DNA of 64,000 nucleotides, from positions 283,834 to 347,833 of the forward strand of contig JAAOMT010000414.1 in assembly GCA_016748015.1 (NCBI GenBank), read 5' to 3'. The DNA is from Geosiphon pyriformis uo1 (lineage: Eukaryota > Fungi > Glomeromycota). How positions within the stretch are numbered: position 1 is the stretch's first letter; the number at the start of each line of letters is the position of its first letter. Under the pieces are notes generated by a model. It did no database searches. It saw only the letters and a list, made by a program, of their open reading frames with translations, and was not told the origin of the DNA. The position numbers and the translations under genes were made by a program. Positions 53,801 to 64,000 of this stretch are shown here, piece by piece.

Positions 53801-55525
53801 TAATTACTGTATTTTTGGTGGTTTACTTTCAAAAAACTTTTGTATTTTTTTTATTTTTTTTTTAAGTATCAAACTAATAGATTTTTAATCTTTGTAATAA
53901 ATTAGAAAGAACATGTATTTATTACTAGAAAAATACAATGATTTGTCACATCAATACCAAACACAAGAATTATACTATTAATAACTATATTTGGTTTTCT
54001 TGCTAGGCTTTTTGTCAAAAATCTTTTTAAGCATATTGTAGTAAAACCAACAAATTAGCTTGCTATTTACAATGCTTCTTTCTTTGTTAATTTTAATATT
54101 ATTTAGTAACTTGTTATTGTTAGTAAAAATAATATAGATAAATTTAACAATTTTTTTTTATTTTTTTTTATTATAATTTTATCATCATCTAATTCATCTA
54201 ATTGTTTTTTTTCTTAATTTTGCTTGGATACTAGAGAAATTGTCTAATAATGATATTTAATCACAATAGATTTCTTATCACATTTAATGGTTAATTTATA
54301 AAGTTTATAATTAAGAAAGCTTTTGCTTTTTTAAATTATTTATTGCCAACAATTATGATGTATTTTTTTGCTTTAAATACTTTCATATTAATTTTAATGC
54401 TGATGTTATTGATGCAAACAAGAATAGCTTTAACAATACCAAGTTTTTTTTTTGTTACTATGTATATTGATTATAGATTTAATTGAAAGTTCATTTATCT
54501 TTCTATCAATAGCTTTAAAAAAGTGTTTGACAATAACATTAACAGATAATTTACTGTTTAGAATTAAGTCAATGAAATATTTAGCCACTTGGGCTTTGTA
54601 AATTAGAGGTGTAACATTGTTGTTGTCNNNNNNNNNNNNNNNNNNNNGCTTCTTTCTTTGTTAATTTTAATATTATTTAGTAACTTGTTATTGTTAGTAA
54701 AAATAATATAGATAAATTTAACAATTTTTTTTTATTTTTTTTTATTATAATTTTATCATCATCTAATTCATCTAATTGTTTTTTTTCTTAATTTTGCTTG
54801 GATACTAGAGAAATTGTCTAATAATGATATTTAATCACAATAGATTTCTTATCACATTTAATGGTTAATTTATAAAGTTTATAATTAAGAAAGCTTTTGC
54901 TTTTTTAAATTATTTATTGCCAACAATTATGATGTATTTTTTTGCTTTAAATACTTTCATATTAATTTTAATGCTGATGTTATTGATGCAAACAAGAATA
55001 GCTTTAACAATACCAAGTTTTTTTTTTGTTACTATGTATATTGATTATAGATTTAATTGAAAGTTCATTTATCTTTCTATCAATAGCTTTAAAAAAGTGT
55101 TTGACAATAACATTAACAGATAATTTACTGTTTAGAATTAAGTCAATGAAATATTTAGCCACTTGGGCTTTGTAAATTAGAGGTGTAACATTGTTGTTGT
55201 CAACAAGTTCAGCTTAATAAAGGCATTTGTTGATTTTTAGTGTCTTTTTCTTTGGGATTAAGAATTTGCAAAGATTTTTTTTAAACTGTAAATGGGTCAT
55301 TAACTGGCCAAAGATAATATGAACTGGTGTTTTTATGAGATTTTTGACAACAAAATAGGGACCAAATTTTTGTACAATTTCTGAAAATTTCAACTTTAAA
55401 GAATTCTTAAAAACTTTGGCTTTTAATAGCTCATTGTTATTAACAGTGAAAGTTAAAGCTTTATTGGATTTTAAAATGAAATCAACCTTGGCTTTTTTTT
55501 TTTGTAAATTCAAAGGAGTTGATGG
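50820..55525 (-). mobile_element. Decayed Ty3/gypsy internal region (gag end, PR, RT, RH, separate INT); no LTR seen
   Basis: PLICKAQVAKYFIDLILNS (protease) at ~55130-55190, RT/RH remnants 52390-53650, INT from ATG at 52321. Confidence 0.7.
54074..55201. other. Scaffold gap (20 N, 54628..54647) flanked by an exact 554-bp duplication
   Basis: 54074..54627 reads identically to 54648..55201. Confidence 0.9.
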
Positions 55526-56476
55526 TGTTATTGGAGGTTTTTGGTCTCTTTTCTTGAATGTTGTTACTGTTTGTCTGTTGCTAATTTCACGTTTTCTGAA
55601 AGCAATTAAACCTCCAATAACTAAATTTATCTTCAAATTATCTCTTATAATTTGAATTGCTGGGCTTATAAGTAGAATAACCAATTCTGTGCCAGTTACT
55701 TTGTGTAGTTATGTTGTAGTAAATGTCAACTCTTTCTCAGGAATTGCTCATCTGGAAGCTCACTAAAATGTGTAGTTACTTTGCTGTAAAAGTCAACTCT
55801 TCTACAGAAATCTTGTCTGTAGACTACCCTAATGATTATGATAAAAAAAGAAAAGAAAAAGAAAAAAAATGTAAAAGAAATAGAATTCTGTCAAGGGAAA
55901 CGTTTTCTATCCAGGTCTGAAATCACTAATAGATTACTGAAATTGGTAGCTAATTAATTTCAAAATGTTAGTTTGTGTTGAGGAAATTTCAAGTGCAATA
56001 ATCAAAGAATTTGGTTTTTCGAATATTTAATTTTTATTTGAAATGTGTAAAAGTGATTTGTTTTAATTAAGATATCTAAAGTAAGACACTATGGTAAAAT
56101 ACTATAAGAAAATACATTTTCTTAAAGAGAAAAGCTCTTCTTTTATACAACTTGCTGTAGTACTAGTTTTTGAACTTGCACTTTTCTTTTTGCTATAATT
56201 TGGGTAAACTAAAGATACATTTCGGCAAACTACAAGTTATTTTACTGAACTATTAATTATTTCGGCAAATTTTCATTAATTTCGACGAATTTTGACTATG
56301 TTAAATGGTTTAGGATATTGTGTAATTTGATCATCTTAATTTCTAGAGTACAAATCGAATTATTGATTGAGTAATGATATTTGATAATTTGATTAAATAA
56401 TAATATATGCTAATTAATAATAAGAATTATGAGGGTAATTTCATGCTAATTAATAGCTAAAATTCTACTGATAACA
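55526..56476 (-). repeat. 3' LTR (951 bp)
   Basis: TGTTAT..ATAACA termini; same ends as 22332..24032; internal ~67-bp direct repeat at ~55702-55835. Confidence 0.8.
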
Positions 56477-56487
56477 TAATCTTTTCC

Positions 56488-57111
56488 TCAAGACTGAGCT
56501 CCATTGAAGTCCAAGCACTATTTGTAATATTAAGATAGTGATCCAAGATAAGTGAAGTGATCTGGTCTGAAAATTGTTGAAATTTCAGTTTTGTGAGCTT
56601 TCTAATATATTGAATCTTTATTGAATGAAGTATTGGGTTTTGTAGGACGTTTTCACAAGTGTTGAATAAATCATAGAGTCTGAATGTTGCTCTAAGTTTG
56701 TAATGAGTGTTTGTTGGTCCAGCTGCTGTCTTAAATTTATTGTAAATTTGTTTTTGTATAGTCTCAGGAGTGATGTTAGTTGCTTCAAGTTCCAGTTTTC
56801 GTTCATAAAATGTTTTTCCAATATGAAAATATCTATATATAAGAGTATATTCATTGTTCTGTTCATTAAGAAATAGTAGAAGTTTTTGTTGTATTGTGGC
56901 ATTTGGTGGAATATCAATAAGAGCAATTAAAAGATTTTCTTTCAGTGCTTGCTTCAAAAGTTTTGGTAATCTATTTTCTTGTTTTTCTTTTATAGAAGTA
57001 ATAGTTCTGAGAATCTTTTACTACTGGAGCTGTGGTTTTTTTCTGAATGTAATTAATTTGACTTTTATTAATTGTTATGGATAAGTCAAGAAGTGTTTTC
57101 AAGGCTAACAT
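56488..57111 (-). pseudogene. ORF3 of unknown function downstream of integrase
   Basis: ORF 56457..56957 is homologous to 60913..61461, 24195..24410 and 38290..38580. The start is uncertain. Confidence 0.65.
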
Positions 57112-59908
57112 TAATTTTTGGGATATTTGTTGAATATTTCAGAGAATAATTATGATAAAAAAAATTGATTAATTAATAAAAAGAAAAAAAAATAAAGAAA
57201 ATTATTTTTGGGTATAGGATTTTTATTTGTTTTTGGGTTTGAGTGTTTTTTGTAATTATTTACTATTTTTGTTTTTATGTTTGTGTATTTAGAAGAAATT
57301 ATTATAAAAATGTTAAATTAAGTATTCAAGTTTAATTGTTGTTCTATTATAATTATTGGTTCTAAATTTCAGAAAATATTTTCAGTATTAACTAAAGAAA
57401 AATGTATACCAATTTGTAAAATTAATGGTTCAGGATTGCTTCTGGAATAATAGTGTTTCAATCTATTTCTATGTGCAACTTTTGCTAGTATTTTGTCATC
57501 AAGTCTTAACTTATATGATCCATTGCTTAAAATTTTGTGGATATAAAATGGTTTATTTCATTTATGTTTAAATTTTTTATTCTATTGTTTTTTAGTCTTA
57601 GTTTTATGTAAAAGAACTTTATTTCCAACTTTAAATTTGTTGGTAACTGGTGGCAGTTTGTTGTTATGCTTTTCTTTTTGTAGGGCTTGGGAGTGTTCAA
57701 TATGAGTAGCTGCTATGTGTCTCTTTCTTTTCAATATACTAAAAAGAGTATAAGCTCTTTTTTGGAGTGTTTCTTGAAAGTTTTTTTATTGATTGGTTGT
57801 ACTGAGTATGTTTTTACTGTGAAATTAATTGATAATGTTGCTGTTTTTCCATAAGTAAGATTAAATAGTGTGTGTTTCATAGTATTTTGTTTTAGTGTTC
57901 TATATATTAGTAATACTAATGGAATAAAAATATCTCATTCCTGCTTAAAATTTGTTGAAACTTTGGCTAAAGATTCACACAATGTTCTGTTAAAATGTTC
58001 TATGAGTCCATTTGTTTGAGAATAATAAGAGGATGATAAGAGTTTTTTAACATTGAATTGTTTACAAATTTTTTGTATCAAGTTGTTCACAAAATGTGTT
58101 TCTTGATCTAATAAGAGTTCAATTGGGCATCTATGTCTACAAATAATGTCTTTATAGATGAAATTTGCTACTGATTTTGCATCTGCTCTTTGGATGGCTC
58201 TAGCTTCAAGCCATTTGGTAAGATAATCTACTACAACTGCAATATAATGATTTTCTTGGGTTGTGATAGGTAATGATCTAACTAAATCAATTCTAACTTT
58301 GTCAAAAGGTTGTCCAACTTTGATTGGATTTAAAAATTCTGTGGAGTGAGTTCCTCCTCTTTTTTGACAACTATTACAAGATTCTACATATTGTCAAATG
58401 TCTTTTTGCATGTAAGACCAAAAATAATGTTCAAGAGTTCTTTGAATTGTTTTATTTCTTTTTAAGTGTGCTGAAAATAGATCTGTGTACATGTTGTATA
58501 AGATTGTTTCTTTTTCATTTTCCTGTACTAGTCTGAATAGTTGGTTTAGGTTTCTATGCTTTTTGTAATAAATTTTGTTGTAATGTATGAAATATTGTTT
58601 GGATTGGTGTTGTAATCGATGTTTTTTACTTGGAGACCAATTTTTTGATATGGTAAGAGTCTCCAAATAGTTTTTAAGATTGTTGTAATTTCTGAGATCC
58701 ATTGTTGTTTTGTTGTTTTGTTGGTAGTAATAAGTTGTAGTGGAATTGTTAGTAGTGTTAATTTTGTCTTATTTTTGAGAGGCTATCAACATTGGTGTGT
58801 AGTTTTCCTGGTTTGTGATGTACAATATATTTGTAGTCTGCTAAGAAATTATTCTATTAAGACTGTTTGGCATTTTGTTTAGTTTTCTTTTTATTGAGCC
58901 ATTTGAGGCCAATATTGTCAGTTATAATGTCAAATTTTTTTCCATTTTTCAAGTATTGTTGAAAATAGTTAATAGCCCAAATGACTGCGGCAGCTTCTAA
59001 TTTAGTTGAGCCATATTTGAATTCTGTTAGTTTGAGTGTTCTACTAGCATAAGCAATAACTTGTTCCTGGCTATTTTCATCCAATTGTGATAGGATGGCA
59101 CCAAATGTTATGTGTAAAACATCAGTGGCTAGTTGGAACTATTTGTTGAAGTCTGGGTAAGCAAGAATTGGGGCTGTTGTTAATTTTGTTTTGAGGGTTT
59201 CAAAAGTTTTTTGTTGTTTCTCAGTTCATTGGTATGGCATGTTTTTGTTGGTAAGATAATTAAATAATTTGGCAATCTCTGAGAATACTTTTATGAATTT
59301 TCGATAGTAGAAGACTAATCTTACAAATCCTCATAGTTCTGTGGTATTTCTGGGTGTTTGAAAGTTTTTAACAGCACTGATTGTTCCAGGATTTGATTTG
59401 ACTCCATCTTTGCTAACAATGTGTCTAAGAAAGATTAAACTTGTTTTTCCAAAGTAATATTTCTTAATGTTCAACTTCAATCCTGCTTTCTATAATTGTT
59501 AAAAAACTTTTCATAAGTAGATAAGATGAGCTTCAAAGCTTGAAAAGTACACATCAGTGTTATCAAGATAAACAACTACTGATTGCCACAAGAGTCTTTC
59601 ATATACAACATCCATGAGTTATTGGAATGTTGCTGGTGCATTACAGAGTTCAAAAAACATAACATTGAACTCATAGTTTCTTCTTTGGGTGGTAAATGCT
59701 GTTTTGAGTCGATTTTTTAAATTCATTTTGACTTGCCAGTATCCACTTTCCAAGTCTAAAGTTGAAAAAAACTTAGCTTTTCCTAAGGCATTCAGCATAT
59801 CATCAATTCTTAAAAGAGGGTAAGCATCTCCAATTGTTATGCTATTGAGCTGACAATAATCTACACAGAATCTGATTTTTTCATTTTTTTTTTAACAAAA
59901 ACTACTGG

Positions 59909-60779
59909 TGTTATGGGATGGTTTTCTTGTTATATTTAATTGCTGATATTCCGTTTTAATTGCAATCAGTCTTTCGTGAGTTCCTCAATTCTATTTGTGT
60001 GATAATGTCACTGTTATACTGAAGGCTTTCTTTTTAATGTTGCAATGTAAGTTATTTTTCAATTCCTGATTGTTGTGTGTGTTTATGTACTCCTTCTCAG
60101 AGGCTAAACTGAAATCTACCCACTGTCTGGGGTCTTCTTTGAGGCTATCTTTGCAATTGCCTGATGTGTTTCTCTAATCTAGAAACACAGAATGTTAATG
60201 ATCTTTAGTGCTTTTTCTAATTCTTACAATAAAGCTTTTATCAATTAGTAACAACGTGAATAATCTTGATTAAGGATTATTCTTCTAAGAGATTCAGTTG
60301 ATGAATGATAGTTTCATTCAATAAATAATACAAGTAAGTTTCTTAATACTTTGGGTTGTGATAATTCAGTTTTAAATATTCTTTTTCATTTCTTTTTGAT
60401 TTAAAGGTTTCTTGGGATATTTAATTTGAAAGTATGATTTAAAGTGGAGTTTGTTGGATAAAATTGGATCTATTGCTTGATAAGTTATGATTTTTATTAC
60501 TTGATTTTTCCTAATATTAAAACTACTGTATATATACATGTTTGTAGTTCTATGAGAAAACACATTGTAATACTTTCTTTTTAATATTTCAACCTGGTGT
60601 TTGCTGCTATCACCAGTTGGTGTTGGCTGTTATTGTGAACTGGTGCTTGCCACTATTGCAAGATGGTGTTTGCTATTATGTTAATCATTACCTTTCTAAG
60701 ATTATTACTGCACTATATTATGATTGAATAGTTTGTATTATTTTTATGATTCTTTTTGCTAAATTCTTAAACCATAACA
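59909..60779 (-). repeat. 3' LTR (871 bp), related to the 31658/38594 LTRs
   Basis: TGTTATGG..CCATAACA; shares a conserved block at 60090-60200 and ~23-bp U3 repeats at ~60590-60680. Confidence 0.9.
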
Positions 60780-60792
60780 TTATCCCCTCCTT

Positions 60793-61461
60793 TTAAAATT
60801 GAGCTCCATCGAAATTGAAGTTAATTTTTTCATTAAATTCTAAGTTACTATAATGGTTCAATACTGTGTTATTAATTTGTTGTTGTAATTCTTGAAATTG
60901 CGAATTGGTAAGTCATCTAATACTGTTAGTTGTTATTATGTTCATGATTGGGTCCAACAATAATTTGTGACAGTTTTCAAATGCTTTGAAAATTCTGTAA
61001 ACTGTTTTTGAATGAAATGTAGTGTTGGTTTTTCCAATGAAAAGTTCTAATAGTTGGATAGTTGTTTTGTCAAACACTCTAGTTGAGTCTTTTAAGTATA
61101 ATGTTTGTATGTTCAAGTGCTTTCTTAGTTGATAATAACAGTAATTAATTGGAAATTTCGTTTTCAAGTTGCTAAATATGTCTGGTGTTAATTCACTTAT
61201 TTCTATTTCTTCTATTATTAATGTATTGCCCAATGCTATCTCTAATTTTTTGATAACTTTGCTGATAAATTTGTTGTTATATTTGGCAATATTATATGGT
61301 TCAAAATTATGTTCTTTTCTTGTTTTTGGATTTTTTATTGTTCTTTTTATGTATGTTATCTTGAAGCTATTAACTGTGATTTCCAGATCGGATTTTAATT
61401 GTTGTAAGCTTTTAACTAATTCTTGAGTTATATTGTTGATGTTTTCTGGAATAAGTATCAT
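60793..61461 (-). pseudogene. ORF3 (222 codons, one internal TGA), ends ..FDGAQF* next to the PPT
   Basis: ORF 60913..61461 continues in frame to TAA at 60795-60793. No TM segment or signal peptide is visible. Confidence 0.7.
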
Positions 61462-61545
61462 TGTTTTAATTTTGACTGCTATTTTGGAATCTTTTGCATG
61501 TGTTTTTATGGTTGTTAAATCATTTTTGCTGTGATCTAAGATTAA

Positions 61546-62922
61546 TTATCTTTTTGAATAATGTTCAATTAAAACTATTGGTTCTAAATCTCGTGAAATT
61601 TGTTCTGATAGAATTAAAAGTAATTGTGTTCCAATTCTGGGTGTTTTTGTTGTTATTACTGGTTTACTGTAATAGAATTTTAGCCAGTTACCATGTGCTG
61701 CTTTTCTTAATATTTTATCATCTAGTTTTAGCTTGTATGCTCCATTTCCAAGTATTTCGTGAATATAAAATAGTCCATCCCACTTGTGATCAAATTTTTC
61801 ACTCCACTGTTTTTCCATTTTTGTACGATACAACAATACTTTATCTCCAATTTTGTAGCTAATTATATTATCTGGTAACTGGTTATCATGTCTCACTTTT
61901 TGTTCTTGTGATTGTTCAATATTTTGTGCTGCTTTTCTTCTTTTGTTTTCTAAAGTTCCCATTAATTCATATGTTCTTCTAAGTAGTGTTTCCTGGAATG
62001 TTGCTTTTGTGATAGTGTCACTTGGATAAGTTGGGATAGTATGTTCAACTGGTAATATGGCTTTTCTTCCATAAACTAGTTCAAATGGTGTGAATTGTGT
62101 AGTATCTTGTTTTACTGTTCTATATGCTAGTAGTACTGCTGGTATGAACAAATCCCATTTTTTTTCATGTTCATTACTAATTTTTGCTAGTAATTTGCAT
62201 AATGTGTGATTAAATCTTTCAACTAATCCATTTGTTTGAGAGTGGTATGGTGATGACAGTGGTCGCTTGATTCCAAATTTTTGGCTAAGTTCTTTTAAGG
62301 TGCTGTTTACGAAGTGTGTGCCTTGATCTGATAGCAATGCTTGTGGACATCCATGTTGACAAATTAAGTCTTCATGTACAAATTGAGCTACAGAAATAGC
62401 ATCAGCTGTTTTAATAGCTCTAGCTTCTGGCCATTTGGTGAGATAGTCCATGACTACTGTAATATAATGGTTGTTTTTTGTTGTTATTGGTAAGAGTCCA
62501 ACTAAATCAATTCTGATTCTGTCAAATGGCTGTCCAACTTTTATTGGTCTTAATAATTCCGTTGTTTTTGCTCCTCCTCTTTGTTGGCATGGGTCACAAT
62601 TTCTTATGTATTGAATTATGTCTGAACTCATTTTTGGCCAATAGTAACAGCTAGTTGCATGTTAGATGGTTGTTGTTTTTCCAAAGTGGCCTGAATAAAT
62701 ATCTGAGTGCATGTTAAATAAGATAGTTTCTTTTTCATCTGTGGTTATAACTCTTAATGGATTATCTGGATTTTGTCGATTCTGGTAATAAAGTATGTGA
62801 TTTTGGATGAAATAGTGTTTTGCTAATTTTTGGAGCTTAATTAGCTCTTTTACTGGCATTTTTTTGTCTATTTGTAGTGTTTTCAAGTATTGCCTGAAGT
62901 TTTTGTAAAGGTGGTTGTTCAT
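61546..62922 (-). pseudogene. Gypsy-type integrase as a stand-alone ORF (one lesion at ~62640-62662)
   Basis: H..H (HSDIYSGH), CDPC, DDE triad (IDLVG, SDQG, VERFN), TPFELVYGR and GPY/F-like WDGLFYI. Confidence 0.9.
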
Positions 62923-62951
62923 TGTTGTTGTGGTGGGTGGGTTGGTGATTT

Positions 62952-64000
62952 TTATGTATGTCTCATTCTTGACAAACAGTTAGCATTAGCATTTTTTGTA
63001 TCTTCTTTGTATTTGATAATATAATTGTATGGTGCTAATGTTTGTGACCATCTGGCGTATTTTCCTTTTAGCGCTTTCTTGTTATTTAACCAGACCAGAC
63101 CTCTATGATTTGTTATAATCTCAAAGGGTTGGTACAGTAAATATGTGTCAAAGTAAACACAACTCCAGACTACTGCTAAGCATTCAAGTTTATGTGCTGT
63201 GTAGTTTTGTTCTGCCATACTGAGACTTCTGCTGGCATAAGCGATTACATGTTTTCTTCCATTATCATCTTTTTGTGACAGAATGGCTCCAAGTCCAGTT
63301 CCAGAAGCATCTGTGGCCAAAATAAATTTCTTGTTGAAATTCGAATAGATCATTATTAGTGATTCAATGAGCTTTCGTCTAAGGTACTCAAAAGCTTTTT
63401 GTTGTGCTTCAGTCCATTCAAACTTCACATTTTTGGATAGTAGGTAATTAAGGGGTTTGGCAATGTTTGAAAAGTTTTCTACAAAGTGGCGGTAGTAAAA
63501 TGTGAGTCCTAAAAAGCTTCTAACTTTTGAAATGTTTTGAGGTACTGGAAAATTTTTCACTTTGTCTATTTTTGATGGATCTGGTTTTATTCCATCTTTT
63601 CCAACTACGTGTCTTAAAAATGCTAGCTCATTTTTCCCAAAGAAACATTTTTCTAGATTTAGTTTAAGTCCAGCATGTCTCAATCTCTCAAAAACTTGTT
63701 GTAAATGTTGGAGATGATCCGTGAATTTTGACGAGAAAACATTTGTATCATCCAAATAGACAACAATGGATTGCCACAGAATTCCAGAGTAAATTACGTC
63801 CATTAGTCTTTGGAATGTCGCAGGAGCATTTGTTAATCCAAATGACATTACATTGAACTCATAATTGCCATTTTGTGTTGTGAATGCTGTTTTATGCCTG
63901 TCCTTTGGGTTCATTTCCACTTGCCAGTACCCACTGGTCAAGTCCAGTATAGAAAACTATTTTGCTCCTCCAAAAACGTCGAAGATTTTGTCAATTAACA
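62952..64000 (-). pseudogene. Gypsy reverse transcriptase - RNase H
   Basis: GYWQ, FGLTNAPATFQR, YLDD, ATDASG, YASR, ending NANCLSRMRHT*. Confidence 0.92.

Larger units (their letters stand above)
55526..59908 (-). mobile_element. Ty3/gypsy copy: RT-RH (58758..59908), INT (~57335..58702), ORF3, 3' LTR; inserted in the gag of the previous element
   Basis: RH motifs YASR, KLEAAAVIWA, ITDN; INT N-terminus MDLRNY..; purine tract next to the LTR. Confidence 0.85.
59909..64000 (-). mobile_element. Least-decayed Ty3/gypsy copy (RT-RH, INT, ORF3, PPT, 3' LTR), inserted into the RT of the previous copy; continues past the window end
   Basis: RT is nearly identical to 37200-38267. PPT (+ strand tcccctcct, 60783-60791). 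It interrupts the host RT at the PVV motif. Confidence 0.92.

Noticed and set aside
55214-55684. 156-aa ORF as a gag start directly after an LTR
   Set aside because: It is a chimera: 55526-55684 is LTR sequence (same terminus as 22332) and only 55214-55525 is the host gag.
60159-60192. CTGATG + hairpin + GAA resembling a hammerhead ribozyme core
   Set aside because: It reads CTGATGT rather than CTGANGA, there is no GAAA directly after the stem, and no stems I/III were found.

Overview
AT-rich eukaryotic DNA that is almost entirely nested, mutationally decayed transposons around one intact host gene. It is probably fungal; the repeat proteins resemble Glomeromycotina/Geosiphon-type repeats from memory, which I have not verified. 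The host gene encodes a SUN-domain (Sad1/UNC-84) nuclear-envelope protein (9574..11309, one 77-nt intron). Contents: (i) five LINE-type elements, all on the minus strand (ORF1 with RRM/CCHC; ORF2 with APE-RT-RNase H-Zn finger), plus a 2.3-kb ORF1-only, HAL1-like element with the same 3' end; (ii) six Ty3/gypsy copies and a solo LTR, with TGTTA..TAACA termini and 4-bp TSDs where visible; (iii) a hAT transposase relic; (iv) a 20-N gap flanked by an exact 554-bp duplication, probably an assembly artefact. Most notable: a ~110-nt four-way-junction RNA fold with compensatory changes, running from the ORF stop codon to the poly(A) tail, shared by the LINEs and the ORF1-only element, which suggests an autonomous/non-autonomous partner system. 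The gypsy elements have an unusual layout: a Cys-rich module plus dUTPase between protease and RT, integrase as a separate ATG-initiated ORF, and a non-env ORF3 ending at the PPT. All repeats show pervasive C:G->T:A change in all contexts, which spares the host gene. Everything was read by eye; boundaries of decayed copies are approximate.
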